Positions 45,087-55,130 are shown, counted from the stretch's first letter. The stretch is DNA of 64,000 bases from a virus (IMGVR_UViG_3300027797_000025:4230-68229), one strand, 5' to 3'. Program-made: numbers and translations. The notes: a model not told the origin generated them from the sequence alone.

Positions 45087-47054
45087 TTGAATGTTATTAC
45101 AACAAAAGAACAGTTAAACGAGATGGTTAATTACTATCTTAAGCAAGACTCGTTTGCATTTGACGTGGAGACCGTTGGAGATCATCGCGGCACTCCTGCT
45201 GTAAACGAAGTTCTTTGGATTAGCTTTGCTACTCATGGCCGAGGCGATGTAATTCCTATGGGGCACCCGCACGGCGAATTTGTTTCTGAATCGTTTCCCT
45301 TGACTGGCCAAGGTGAAAAACGAATTGCTGCGGGATTACCTGCCCGAGAGTTGGATTACTCTCGTGATAAGAAAAAAGCAATTAAAGTGTTTGATGATGC
45401 GCCTACACAGTTGTTTCCAGCAGAAGTATTTAAAACAATTAAGCCTTTAATGTTTAACGACAGCATATTAACTATAGGTCACAACTTAGTTTTTGATCTT
45501 AGTTCTGTAGCAAAGTACTACGGAGGCAGTGTGCCTCCAGGGCCTTATTTTGACACGCTAATGGCTTCTTTTTTATATGACAACAAGAACAAAGGCAAAT
45601 TAGGTTTAGACGACTGTTTACAGCGAGAGCTTGGTTACAGCATGGAGAAGGGTATTGGCCATCAGGTTGAGCTTTATTCGTTTAGTGACGTAGCTAAGTA
45701 CTCTTACTTAGACGCTAAATACACATTTATTCTTTGGAAGACTATTGCCCCAAAGCTAATCGCTGCTGACGTTGAAGGCGTTATGAAGTTAGAGATGGAT
45801 GTTCTTCGGGTGCTTTGCGATATGAAATTGACTGGCGCGCCTATCGATACAAATGAATTACAGATTCTTCATGACAGGCTAGTGCTTGAGATCGAAGAGG
45901 TTAGATCTAATATTTATCGCATTGCTGGTCAGCCGTTTAATATTAATTCAAATAATGAAAAACAATACATTTTATACGGGCCTCGCGACGAAGGCTGTCG
46001 AGGGTTACGCCCACAGCTCCTTACTGGTAAAGGGTTGCAAAAAGCAGAGACTGATCTTGACTACAAAGACTATTCCGTATCTGCCGAAGCGTTAGAGCCT
46101 TACCGAGAAAAAGACGAGTTGGTAAACGCCCTTTTAACTTATTCAGATTTAAACAAGTTAATGAGTACGTACGTAATTCCGTATTTAGGCGGTGAGGTAA
46201 CTAAAACCGTGGGCGGTAAGTCAAAAGTTGAAACCCGAGAGTCTATGTTAGTTAATAGCCGCATCTACGGTGATTTTGTTCAATGGGGTGCAGAGACTGG
46301 TCGTTTTTCTAGCCGTAACCCTAACCTTCAAAATGTACCTGCTCCGCACACTGCGCACGGGCGCTCTATCCGTAATTTATTTACAGCCCCTGACGGGTAC
46401 AAATTGGTAGTAGCCGACTACTCACAGATTGAGCCTCGCGTAATTGCGGCAATGTCAGAAGACCCCATTATGATGAAAAACTATCTAGATGGTGGGGATA
46501 TTTACACTACGGTAGGGGATACGATGGGGGTAGACCGTAAAGCAGGTAAAGTTCTTGTGCTTGCTATGGCTTATGGCGTAGGCCCTGACAAGATTGCACG
46601 TTCTATTGGGTGCTCGGTCAATGAGGCAAAAAAGCTTTTGACTGACTTTTCTGATAAATTTGCGGCTGTTAGCACCTACCGCGCTAAGGTTATTGGCCTA
46701 TCTCGTAATAAAGGGTACGTTACTACAATTTTAAAGCGTAGACGCTATCTTCCTGATATTTCGTCTAAAGTCCACAGCTTTAGGTCTAGCTCTGAGCGTC
46801 AAGCGTTTAACACAAGGATTCAAGGCTCGGCTGCTGACATTATTAAAGTTGCTATGGTGCGTGCTCATCAGATGATCCCAGAAGGTGCTAAATTGATCCT
46901 TACAGTGCACGACGAGCTTGTAACGTTAACCCCAGACCATCTGGTAGACCAAACAATCAGCGCTATCCGTGAGGCTATGGAAGAAATTAAGATCCTACCC
47001 ATTCCTTTAGTAGCAGATATTAAAGTAGTTACCAAGTGGGGAGAGGCAAAATGA
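45087..47054 (+). CDS. polA: DNA polymerase family A (3'-5' exonuclease + polymerase)
   Basis: FDVET, GHNL.FD, TGRFSSRNPNLQN, ADYSQIEPR, IQGSAADI, VHDE. Confidence 0.95.
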   Translation: MNVITTKEQLNEMVNYYLKQDSFAFDVETVGDHRGTPAVNEVLWISFATHGRGDVIPMGHPHGEFVSESFPLTGQGEKRIAAGLPARELDYSRDKKKAIKVFDDAPTQLFPAEVFKTIKPLMFNDSILTIGHNLVFDLSSVAKYYGGSVPPGPYFDTLMASFLYDNKNKGKLGLDDCLQRELGYSMEKGIGHQVELYSFSDVAKYSYLDAKYTFILWKTIAPKLIAADVEGVMKLEMDVLRVLCDMKLTGAPIDTNELQILHDRLVLEIEEVRSNIYRIAGQPFNINSNNEKQYILYGPRDEGCRGLRPQLLTGKGLQKAETDLDYKDYSVSAEALEPYREKDELVNALLTYSDLNKLMSTYVIPYLGGEVTKTVGGKSKVETRESMLVNSRIYGDFVQWGAETGRFSSRNPNLQNVPAPHTAHGRSIRNLFTAPDGYKLVVADYSQIEPRVIAAMSEDPIMMKNYLDGGDIYTTVGDTMGVDRKAGKVLVLAMAYGVGPDKIARSIGCSVNEAKKLLTDFSDKFAAVSTYRAKVIGLSRNKGYVTTILKRRRYLPDISSKVHSFRSSSERQAFNTRIQGSAADIIKVAMVRAHQMIPEGAKLILTVHDELVTLTPDHLVDQTISAIREAMEEIKILPIPLVADIKVVTKWGEAK

Positions 47055-47078
47055 GTAAACAAATAGAAAAGAAATGGG

Positions 47079-47528
47079 TTGAACATGGCGTGGTATAACA
47101 AAAGAAAGAAAAAGTTTGAGATTATATCTACAGAGATTCCGTTATCAACTATGCTTCGTTGGTACCTATACGACACAGGGCTAGCTCCTGCAAATTCTTT
47201 AGCAGAGGGCGTTGGTTTAAATAGAGTTAGTGATGAGGGCGACGTTAAAGAAAAAGAAGATAGCGATCTACGCCTTAGTGGTATTTTTGAGTTAATGCCT
47301 TTTATTGATTCTATCTCTGATATGAGCGTGTCTACTATGCTTGCTTTACAAGAATCTAAAACTAATAATGAAATGTCTGAAGAAGAAATAGAGGCCTCTT
47401 CTGTTATATATAAGGCAATTTCTATGTCGTCTTTAATTGGCGCTTTATCTATTGGGCTTAGCCTTGGTATACTAGAAACTGCCGCAATAAGTTCAGGAAG
47501 AGTAGATATGGATATTGATAATGAGTAA
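47079..47528 (+). CDS. Hypothetical protein
   Basis: ORF in the operon between polA and recA; start uncertain. Confidence 0.6.
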   Translation: MNMAWYNKRKKKFEIISTEIPLSTMLRWYLYDTGLAPANSLAEGVGLNRVSDEGDVKEKEDSDLRLSGIFELMPFIDSISDMSVSTMLALQESKTNNEMSEEEIEASSVIYKAISMSSLIGALSIGLSLGILETAAISSGRVDMDIDNE

Positions 47529-47889
47529 CGCTGATTGGTTTGCAAAAAAACTGGGTGTTCAACCCGTACCTCAACAACAAGTTATACAGCCTACTTACGT
47601 TCCGCAACAGCAGGTCCCATATCAGTTACAACAGCCTTCATACCCAGTGGCCGCTCCCGCAGTTCCTATGGCGGATCGGTGTCCAGGATGTGGTAGCGGT
47701 AACTACGTAGGAGGCGCAACTGCAGAGTCTCGTAAACGTTGTTATGATTGCGGATACCCAATCACACAAAGCGGTTCAGGTATGGGCAAAGGCATAACAA
47801 GCGGGCCACAGGCCTCAGGGCCAGCTCAACCATCAAAGCAAGTGCAAGCAGGCGGGTTTAATCCACAGACAATCATTGGACATATTTAA
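47521..47889 (+). CDS. Zinc-ribbon protein with Gln/Pro-rich linker
   Basis: CPGC...CYDC. Confidence 0.65.
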   Translation: MSNADWFAKKLGVQPVPQQQVIQPTYVPQQQVPYQLQQPSYPVAAPAVPMADRCPGCGSGNYVGGATAESRKRCYDCGYPITQSGSGMGKGITSGPQASGPAQPSKQVQAGGFNPQTIIGHI

Positions 47890-48941
47890 TGGCAATTACA
47901 GGTGAGTTAGCAAAAGTATTTAGCTCAATTAATAAAAAAATGGGCCTAGGCACAATTGTTTTAGGGTCTGACATTAGAGATGATGTTATGGGTTATATAA
48001 CTACTGGCTCTATTTCTTTAGACGTAGCGCTAGGTGGTGGGTGGCCAATTAATCAGTGGCATGAGGTTATTGGTGAAGAGAGTCAAGGTAAAACAGCAAT
48101 TGCATTAAAAACTATTGCAGCAAATCAAAAACTTAATCCAGACTTTACAACTGTATGGGTAGCAGCAGAGCAGTGGGTGCCAAAATACGCAGAAATGTGC
48201 GGCGTTGATACTTCTCGCGTGTACGTAGTATCTACAAACCTTATGGAAGAGGCGTACGAGGCGGTTATACAGGTTGTAGAGAGTAAAGCAATTGATTGTA
48301 TTGTTGTTGATTCACTTCCATCGTTAGTGCCCAGCGCAGAAGACGACAAAAACATGGACGAGCACACTGTAGGTCGTGGCGCGTTACTTACTAATAAGTT
48401 TTTTCGTAAAGTTGGACTAGCATCTAAACGTAGTCTTACAGAGTTTGAGCGCCCGTTTATTGGCATTATGATTAATCAATGGCGCGACAAGGTTGGGGTT
48501 ATGTACGGCGACCCGCGCACTACCCCAGGAGGTAAGGGAAAGAATTACAGTTACTTTACCCGTATAGATGTACGCAGAGATGAGTGGATTGAGGCTGGAA
48601 CTGGTGAGGACAAGCATCGTGTTGGCCAAACAATTAAAGCTAGAGTATTAAAGAATAAGTCCGCCCCACCATCACGTGTGGCTTCTTTTGATTTTTATTT
48701 TGCTGAGGGCGGGGAAATACCTGCTGGAGAACTTGATTTTGGTAAAGAATTAATCGCTATTGGTAAGTTAAACAAGGTTATTGTCCGTGCTGGGGCTTAC
48801 TACCGATACGGGGATCGACAATGGCAGGGTGCAGATGCTATGCTTGCCTCAATACGGGAAGAGATTGACTTGAAAGAGGCCCTTGAACGGGACGTGCTGG
48901 ACTCAATTAAAGCTGGGTCTAAGTTCGCTTATGAAGAGTAA
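47889..48941 (+). CDS. recA: RecA recombinase
   Basis: 'TGSISLDVALGGG', GEESQGKT, 'IVVDSL', 'INQWRDKVGVMYGDPRTTPGG'. Confidence 0.95.
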   Translation: MAITGELAKVFSSINKKMGLGTIVLGSDIRDDVMGYITTGSISLDVALGGGWPINQWHEVIGEESQGKTAIALKTIAANQKLNPDFTTVWVAAEQWVPKYAEMCGVDTSRVYVVSTNLMEEAYEAVIQVVESKAIDCIVVDSLPSLVPSAEDDKNMDEHTVGRGALLTNKFFRKVGLASKRSLTEFERPFIGIMINQWRDKVGVMYGDPRTTPGGKGKNYSYFTRIDVRRDEWIEAGTGEDKHRVGQTIKARVLKNKSAPPSRVASFDFYFAEGGEIPAGELDFGKELIAIGKLNKVIVRAGAYYRYGDRQWQGADAMLASIREEIDLKEALERDVLDSIKAGSKFAYEE

Positions 48942-49362
48942 GGGCCAGCGAGAGTCTAAGAAGCATGAGGACCGACTTGCAAAGAAAGTTGGCGGACAGC
49001 GTAGCGCTGGAAGCGGAGCTTTCTGGAGTCGGAAAGGCGATGTGCGTTCTACTGATTTGCTCATAGAGCATAAGTGGACGGGCAAAGCTTCTTTTACCGT
49101 CAAAGCGACGGTTTTGGAAAAGATTGTTGAAGAAGCAATTCTTGACAGTCGGATGCCTATCCTCGGTTTCAGCCTTAACAACGAGAACTACGTAATGTTA
49201 ACTGAAGATGATTTTCTAGAGCTTCGCTCTACTCTTCAGGAGCATACTTGTACGAATCAGATCTTGGACACAATGAAAGCTGGCGACACAAAGCCAAATG
49301 TAGAGGGATGGATACCGAACTCTGGTACCCCCCAAGAGACAAATCTAAATACCAATCAATAG
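48931..49362 (+). CDS. PD-(D/E)xK endonuclease / Holliday resolvase-like
   Basis: 'HEDRLAK..GG....SGA....KGDV....LLIEHK'; 3' end overlaps whiB. Confidence 0.7.
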   Translation: MKSKGQRESKKHEDRLAKKVGGQRSAGSGAFWSRKGDVRSTDLLIEHKWTGKASFTVKATVLEKIVEEAILDSRMPILGFSLNNENYVMLTEDDFLELRSTLQEHTCTNQILDTMKAGDTKPNVEGWIPNSGTPQETNLNTNQ

Positions 49363-49568
49363 CACAGGTCTCTAAAGCCGTATGCTATGGCAAAGATGGT
49401 TTACCAGAATGCCCTGTGCGTAAAGATTGTTTACTGTACGCAGATAAAATGGAAGAGCAGCACGGTATCTGGGGCGGTATGAGCCACCGTGAACGCAATT
49501 CGTTAAAGCGTAAAGCAACTAAAGCAGGAATTTCATTTAAAGATTGGGTAGAAACTAAAAAATCGTGA
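49248..49568 (+). CDS. whiB: WhiB-family transcription factor
   Basis: W...A.C, four Cys, CPV...CL.YA, GIWGG...ER; AGGAG RBS before TTG. Confidence 0.9.
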   Translation: MYESDLGHNESWRHKAKCRGMDTELWYPPRDKSKYQSIAQVSKAVCYGKDGLPECPVRKDCLLYADKMEEQHGIWGGMSHRERNSLKRKATKAGISFKDWVETKKS

Positions 49569-49580
49569 TAGGTTTTACTT

Positions 49581-50426
49581 ATGAAATACAAACCAAGTGG
49601 CACATTAAAGAGGTTCATTGAAGTGGGTAAAAAAGATACGCGTGTTCTTGGTTCAGTAGAGCGGTTTCTATTGTCTAAGCCTAGAGATGGATCACGTAGA
49701 ACAGACGTTCTACACCCATCTGAGATGGCAAGCGGTAACTGGTGTTACCGTGCGTCTTACTTTCAATTATTAGGCCAATCACCACAGGCCAATAGAAAAA
49801 TGAGTATGCGCCTTCTATCAGTGTTTGAAGAAGGTCATTTTATCCATGCAAAGTGGCAGCGCTGGTTCCAGCAGATGAACGTACTTTATGGTAAGTGGTA
49901 TTGCGTTGAATGCGAAGAGATGTTCTGGGGCGGTTCTGACTGTCACGATGGGCCACTTGAATACCGCGAAGTACCGTTGTTTTATGAACCACTGCGTATT
50001 AGTGGGCACTCAGATGGTTGGCTAGTAGGTCTTAACGACCCATTAATGCTTGAGATTAAGTCAGTAGGTGTAGGAACTCTTAGATGGGAAGCTCCTGAGT
50101 TATTAATTGAAAACGATAACGACATTGAAAAGGCATGGAGAGCGTTAAAAGCACCGTTTCAAAAACATATAACACAAGTTCAAATTTATATGAAGTTAGC
50201 CGAACTCCTTGGGTATGAAGACGTACCGCAAGAGGCTGTTCTTATTTATGAATGCAAAGCTAATCAAGAAGCAAAAGAGTTTGTAGTTCACAAGAGCGAT
50301 TTTGGAATTACTGAATTATTTGATGCAGCTAAGATGATCTGCGATGCGGTTCGAGATAAAAAGCCTCCAGTGTGTAATCTATCTTCCGATGAATGTGCTA
50401 ACTGTAAAGGATATGTAAATGATTAA
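49581..50426 (+). CDS. Cas4-like PD-(D/E)xK exonuclease
   Basis: 'HPSE....C.R', 'GHSDG', EIKS, Q.QIY, C-terminal Cys cluster. Confidence 0.8.
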   Translation: MKYKPSGTLKRFIEVGKKDTRVLGSVERFLLSKPRDGSRRTDVLHPSEMASGNWCYRASYFQLLGQSPQANRKMSMRLLSVFEEGHFIHAKWQRWFQQMNVLYGKWYCVECEEMFWGGSDCHDGPLEYREVPLFYEPLRISGHSDGWLVGLNDPLMLEIKSVGVGTLRWEAPELLIENDNDIEKAWRALKAPFQKHITQVQIYMKLAELLGYEDVPQEAVLIYECKANQEAKEFVVHKSDFGITELFDAAKMICDAVRDKKPPVCNLSSDECANCKGYVND

Positions 50427-50895
50427 GATCATAGCAACTGGCATAAGCGATGAGGTAATGAAGGTCCTTGAAGCACAAGGGTTACCTGTACGTCGTAGCT
50501 TAGATATTGATTCGCCCCCATTTCCAAAAGATATTACAGTTGTAGATGATCAAGAGTTGATGGTATTAGCCACTAAATATATGGAGAATTACAGTTTTCT
50601 TCGCACGCAGGTGGCGTGTGCTGCTTTAGCAGAGCTAGAGGCTGAGAACACATACTCAACTGCTGAAGCAAAAGCTTTTTTATCTAAAACTAACGGCAAG
50701 AGTACAGAAAAAGCTACTATGTTAAAAGCTGCTGTTAACGTAGATCCAGAGATTATTGAACTATCTACGGCAAAAATGTATGCCTATGCCTATCGTAAAA
50801 TGCTAGAGACTACAATGGATAACCTTGAGCGTTACTACAGCCTGACTAGCCGTGAACTTACTCGACGCACGTCAGCGTTAAGAAATAGGTTCTAA
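50419..50895 (+). CDS. Helical recombination-mediator-like protein (putative)
   Basis: All-helical; C-terminal 'SRELTRR'; located among recombination genes. Confidence 0.5.
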   Translation: MIKIIATGISDEVMKVLEAQGLPVRRSLDIDSPPFPKDITVVDDQELMVLATKYMENYSFLRTQVACAALAELEAENTYSTAEAKAFLSKTNGKSTEKATMLKAAVNVDPEIIELSTAKMYAYAYRKMLETTMDNLERYYSLTSRELTRRTSALRNRF

Positions 50896-51251
50896 TGCCA
50901 AGTCAATCTCGTAAACATAGAGGGTATCGTTCTCAAAAAGTTGTAGCCATGTATCTTGCTGAGCATGGGTTTCCATATGCTGAAAGCACTGGGGCGGGCC
51001 GTTCAGGCACAGACATAACAGGCACAGTAGGTATTGACTGGGAGGTAAAAGCGCGTAAAGATTTTTCTCCAAGTGCTACTATTAAACAACTCAAAGACCG
51101 ACATAATGGTAAAGACTTGCCAGTAGCAGTGCTAAGGCTTAATGGTCAAGGCGAAGCTAACGTGGGTGAGTGGGTAACTTTATTAAGGCTTGAAGATTTT
51201 GTAGGGCTACTACGTGATGCAGGATATGGAGAACAAGATGCCAAATTATGA
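50895..51251 (+). CDS. Holliday junction resolvase-like endonuclease
   Basis: 'RKHRG', 'G.GRSGTDI.G..GIDWEVKAR'. Confidence 0.75.
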   Translation: MPSQSRKHRGYRSQKVVAMYLAEHGFPYAESTGAGRSGTDITGTVGIDWEVKARKDFSPSATIKQLKDRHNGKDLPVAVLRLNGQGEANVGEWVTLLRLEDFVGLLRDAGYGEQDAKL

Positions 51252-51408
51252 TTTTGTATGCATGCCGTGTGACTCCACCGTGGAGATGCACATGACGTTT
51301 GATTCCGTTGAACGGCCTGCATGCGATAGGTGCGGTAACTATATGACTAAGGTTTACACACCACCAGCAGTACAATTCAAAGGCGGAGGATGGGGAGGGC
51401 AAGGGTAA
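51238..51408 (+). CDS. FmdB-like zinc-ribbon protein
   Basis: 'MPNYDFVC..C...C.RCG..M.KVY.PPAVQFKGGGW'. Confidence 0.85.
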   Translation: MPNYDFVCMPCDSTVEMHMTFDSVERPACDRCGNYMTKVYTPPAVQFKGGGWGGQG

Positions 51409-51545
51409 TGCATAAAGAGAGTAAGATTTTTAAAAAGTACTGGGTTTCCTACGGCTATGGAAAGCGTTTATCATTAGGGTTTTCTATTGATAAATACTCA
51501 ATTAACATTGATTTTTTATGTTTTTGGGTTGGAATTGAGTTGTGA
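51408..51545 (+). CDS. Hypothetical 45-aa protein (not in ORF track)
   Basis: TAATG coupling upstream and GTGA overlap downstream. Confidence 0.5.
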   Translation: MHKESKIFKKYWVSYGYGKRLSLGFSIDKYSINIDFLCFWVGIEL

Positions 51546-51772
51546 GTAAACGACAAGAAAAAAAAGAAACAAATCAAGCAGCCGCAGAAGCATTTGTAAA
51601 AGAACGTCGTGCGGTACAGATTGCTATCTTTGAGCAAAACTTTGAAACAGGACTTCGCGTATATCAAGATAATAAAGATAAGCTAAGCCCTGAGCAGGTA
51701 GTTGAGATTGAAAACGAAATTGAAGCCAACCGCAAGCTGATTGAAGGCTTAAAGGAGAAATGGGGTGCTTGA
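51542..51772 (+). CDS. Hypothetical protein
   Basis: Charged helical ORF, coupled to both neighbours. Confidence 0.6.
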   Translation: MSKRQEKKETNQAAAEAFVKERRAVQIAIFEQNFETGLRVYQDNKDKLSPEQVVEIENEIEANRKLIEGLKEKWGA

Positions 51773-51923
51773 CCTCCGCGGCGACCCTGTAGAGGTCTGC
51801 ATTTGCGGGTCTACCCTTTGGAAAGTAAAAGCCATGTTCCAAGATGGGGAAATAGCCTTATACATGCTTGATATGGAGTGCTATTCCTGCGGAGCTCTGG
51901 CTACAGCCCCAACTCCTATTTAA
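51765..51923 (+). CDS. Small zinc-ribbon protein (not in ORF track)
   Basis: MLDLRGDPVEVCICGS...MECYSCGALATAPTPI; AGGAG upstream. Confidence 0.65.
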   Translation: MLDLRGDPVEVCICGSTLWKVKAMFQDGEIALYMLDMECYSCGALATAPTPI

Positions 51924-51997
51924 TAAGACAGTTACTATTTAATACCTCATACTTGATTCAACGTAGCACTCACACTATTCGTAAAACGAGGTATAAA

Positions 51998-52276
51998 ATG
52001 ACTGAACAAACTGAAGAACACATCCTGCGTGTAAGCGCAGGTAGTAACCCCCAAGCCGTTGCGTCAGCAATTGCTCATAGTATTTATGAGCTAAGGTCTT
52101 GTAAACTACGCGCAGTAGGCGCTGGGGCCGTAAATCAAGCCACCAAAGCTATTGCTATTGCTCGTGGTTACACCGCACCTAGAGGGCTAGACCTTATCTG
52201 TGTGCCTGGTTTTGCCAGCATTGAAAGCCATGAAGGTACTATCTCAGCCATTGTTTGGTCTGTAGAAGTACGGTAA
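51998..52276 (+). CDS. spoVS: SpoVS-family protein
   Basis: 'LRVSAGSNPQAVASAIA...RAVGAGAVNQATKAIAIARGY.AP.G.DL.C.PGF' is the SpoVS signature. Confidence 0.9.
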   Translation: MTEQTEEHILRVSAGSNPQAVASAIAHSIYELRSCKLRAVGAGAVNQATKAIAIARGYTAPRGLDLICVPGFASIESHEGTISAIVWSVEVR

Positions 52277-52318
52277 TCCTGTTATTCTTTAATAACACCT
52301 TAGGCCAAAGGAAAATAA

Positions 52319-52669
52319 ATGAAAGATTCAACTAAGAACTCAAAGCCGTTAGCGCCAGCTTCAACAGCTCCAACGGTTTCTGCAAGCGCAAAGATCAAAG
52401 TAGCAATGCCTGAGCGCGGAACACTTATTAAGAAGACAGGTAACGCTAAAGGCGGAACCGACCCATACGTACAGGCTAAGCCTTCACGTACATTTGTAAC
52501 AAGCCCAAATGCTCAAGGACGTAATGGAGCAACTTACGGAATTAAAGTAGGTTTTAATGCGCATGTTGCGCCAGAAGCCTCAGCTACTCAAAGCAACGGC
52601 CGTATTATTGGCCCAGCTATGAATCGTCAGCGTCCTTCATTTCAATCAGGAATGTCAGATTTAAATTAA
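52319..52669 (+). CDS. Hypothetical basic low-complexity protein
   Basis: AAGGA RBS; followed by a terminator. Confidence 0.65.
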   Translation: MKDSTKNSKPLAPASTAPTVSASAKIKVAMPERGTLIKKTGNAKGGTDPYVQAKPSRTFVTSPNAQGRNGATYGIKVGFNAHVAPEASATQSNGRIIGPAMNRQRPSFQSGMSDLN

Positions 52670-52682
52670 ATTATTACCAATT

Positions 52683-52710
52683 AAACCCCGCCCTAGTGGC
52701 GGGGTTTTTT
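52683..52710 (+). terminator. Intrinsic terminator
   Basis: AAACCCCGCC-CTAGT-GGCGGGGTTTTTT. Confidence 0.85.
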
Positions 52711-52771
52711 GTTGTTATGGCGATGTTTATGTGTTAACCTTAACGCATCACGACGACAACAAGGGGATAAC

Positions 52772-53011
52772 ATGTTGGATATTTTAACAAAGCACCTTGA
52801 AGAAAAAGCTTCTATTAACTGTGTAGTAAGCGTTTGGATTGAGTCATTAGAAGATGCTGAAAAAGAAGCATTTGCTAAGTTAAAAGAAAATAATAAAAAC
52901 GTTGTTCTTGCTTCATTATATAAAGAATTACATAACGCAGAGTCAATGCCTTTTGGGTTAACCGCTTTTCGTTCCCACTTGAGAGGTTACTGTACATGTC
53001 TGAAAAATTAA
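52772..53011 (+). CDS. Hypothetical protein with C-terminal H...C.C motif
   Basis: AAGGGG RBS before ATG 52772; overlaps the phosphoesterase gene. Confidence 0.6.
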   Translation: MLDILTKHLEEKASINCVVSVWIESLEDAEKEAFAKLKENNKNVVLASLYKELHNAESMPFGLTAFRSHLRGYCTCLKN

Positions 53012-54198
53012 ATATACTAGGAAAAACCCTTATTAACGCTGATTTAAACGGTGTTGAGTCCGATTTAAAAAAAGCTAACACCCCTCAAGAATACAGAGCT
53101 AGATTAGAACTTGGGCCAGAGGGTGGGTATTTTGTATCCACTCCGCGCACCGCTGGAGAATTACCAGACGCGGTTGAGTTATTTAAAGATTTTGAATTAG
53201 ATCCAAAAGTATGGCAAGTAGTAAGTGTTCGTAAAAGTCGTTGGCAAAGATATGACGGTGAATGGCTAGAGGCCGCTCGAGTAAATGTTAGACCTGCTGG
53301 TTTATTATCTGAACTTGATCTTGATTACGATAAATTAATTGTCGACATTTCAAAATGGAAACCTGGTAAAGTTGAAAAAACTACTGGCCCACTTTATGCA
53401 ATCTATGCAATTGGTGATACGCAATATGGAAAAGATGCGGGCGGCGGCACAGAAGCCACTATAGAAAGAGTCCTTAGGGGCATAGAAGAGTCAGTAGCGC
53501 GTCATAAAGAGCTATTAAAACTAGGACGTCAAATTGGAACAGTAGTCTTGCCACAGTTGGGTGACTGTATTGAAGGCAGTTCCTCACAAAAGGGAATGGT
53601 GCTTGGGCGCAGCGATCTAGGCGTTACTCAACAGGTTCGCGTAGGACGTCGTGTGTTAATGGCATGGATAAAAGCTTTTGCGCCGTTGTGCGAAGAGTTA
53701 CTTATCCCAGTAGTTCCAGGGAACCACGACGAGCCTCACCGCATTGTTATGACAGACCCTATTGACTCATGGCAGATTGAAGTTGTATCTGCCGTGCAAG
53801 ATGCATGTGCGGAAAACCCCGCGCTATCACACGTAAAGTTTTATTACCCAAAAGCTGACCACGCTACGTTAGCTTTAGAGCTTGGCGGTACTGTAATTGG
53901 TTTGGCGCACGGGCATCAAGCTAAAGACATGGGCAAGTGGTTGCACGGACAGGCCACTGGGCGCACACCAGTTGGTTCGGCAGACATTTTGTTAACTGGT
54001 CACTTTCATCATTTCCGCGCCGATCAAATTGGCCCACGTTTATGGATTCAAGTGCCAGCTATGGATGGCGGAAGCGCATGGTTCCGTGACAAGAGCGGTT
54101 TAGAATCACCAACAGGCATTGTTTCATTAGTTGTTGGCGCAGGTTATGACCCCCGCAGAGATTTAGCAGTTCTAGCAGGGGAACACCGCGTACCATAG
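52996..54198 (+). CDS. Calcineurin-like metallophosphoesterase
   Basis: GDTQ.GK, LGD.IEG, PGNHD, AHGH, GHFHH. Confidence 0.85.
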   Translation: MSEKLNILGKTLINADLNGVESDLKKANTPQEYRARLELGPEGGYFVSTPRTAGELPDAVELFKDFELDPKVWQVVSVRKSRWQRYDGEWLEAARVNVRPAGLLSELDLDYDKLIVDISKWKPGKVEKTTGPLYAIYAIGDTQYGKDAGGGTEATIERVLRGIEESVARHKELLKLGRQIGTVVLPQLGDCIEGSSSQKGMVLGRSDLGVTQQVRVGRRVLMAWIKAFAPLCEELLIPVVPGNHDEPHRIVMTDPIDSWQIEVVSAVQDACAENPALSHVKFYYPKADHATLALELGGTVIGLAHGHQAKDMGKWLHGQATGRTPVGSADILLTGHFHHFRADQIGPRLWIQVPAMDGGSAWFRDKSGLESPTGIVSLVVGAGYDPRRDLAVLAGEHRVP

Positions 54199-54202
54199 TG
54201 AT

Positions 54203-54736
54203 ATGACAGCGCCACATCAAAATACGCAGAGCCTCGGCGCTGCGGGTATGGCAGGAACCTACACCAACTATGGTGGAGGTGGTACTCCTGTTGCTCGTTC
54301 AGAACTTGATTTCTTACGTCTTGGTGTTGGACGCGCACCGCAAGCAGAATATCCAGATGGATACTTAGGTACTATTAGATCCCGTCGTGACGATAGAGGT
54401 CGCCCTTCAAGCACCTCAGATACCGTCATGAACAGTTTAAAAACACGAGTCGGTCAACGATCCTACCAGCGTGGTGTTCACCGCGGTGAGCGTATTGATC
54501 AATCAGATTATTATTACCCAGAGGGTTTAGAAAACACTCGCGGTATTGCGCGTCAAATGAGAGCCTCACGAATTGGCAACGTATATTTATCAAAACGTAA
54601 CGTAGAAAACGCAATGGCTGCGCCTGCTCCACACTTACCAAACGATGGCAAGGCTAATATTCGCAGCACATCACCAATGTCGTTAGATAAGCAACGTGTA
54701 GACCAGATGGCGCGTATGCGCCCAGCTTGGAAATAA
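54203..54736 (+). CDS. Hypothetical protein
   Basis: Leaderless start; 'YPDGYLGTI.SRR.DR', 'RSYQRGVH.GERID'. Confidence 0.7.
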   Translation: MTAPHQNTQSLGAAGMAGTYTNYGGGGTPVARSELDFLRLGVGRAPQAEYPDGYLGTIRSRRDDRGRPSSTSDTVMNSLKTRVGQRSYQRGVHRGERIDQSDYYYPEGLENTRGIARQMRASRIGNVYLSKRNVENAMAAPAPHLPNDGKANIRSTSPMSLDKQRVDQMARMRPAWK

Positions 54737-54737
54737 T

Positions 54738-55130
54738 ATGGCAAACGGAGCAAACTTATATTCAGGAGGCGTCTACGGCCATAAGCCGTGGGATAAAGAC
54801 CGCGCTGGAGTCATTACCCCAGAAGAGGCAGCATTCCCACCACAGGCTTACATTGGCCCATTTGCTTCTAATCAAGAGCGTTTACTAAGCCAATCATTAG
54901 CCGCATTTACCATGAGCGCGGCCGAGATTCAAGAATATGTCCGCCCCCCACTACCTCAGATTAAACTATTTCCAGCTAGATACGGGTTTACAGAAAACGA
55001 AATTGGTATTGAGGATATTATTGACTTACCGCGTACCGCACCTACTGCTCAGCGCGTTGAGTCTGACTTTAGCAATACGCCAAACAGCACTCAATCAAGC
55101 AGCCGTAATACTTTAGGAGGCTCCGTATAG
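54738..55130 (+). CDS. Hypothetical protein
   Basis: ORF tightly packed in an operon. Confidence 0.65.
   Translation: MANGANLYSGGVYGHKPWDKDRAGVITPEEAAFPPQAYIGPFASNQERLLSQSLAAFTMSAAEIQEYVRPPLPQIKLFPARYGFTENEIGIEDIIDLPRTAPTAQRVESDFSNTPNSTQSSSRNTLGGSV

Noticed and set aside
46868-47545. 225-aa minus-strand ORF
   Set aside because: It is antisense to polA and the next gene, has no recognisable motif or RBS, and lies in a uniformly plus-strand region.
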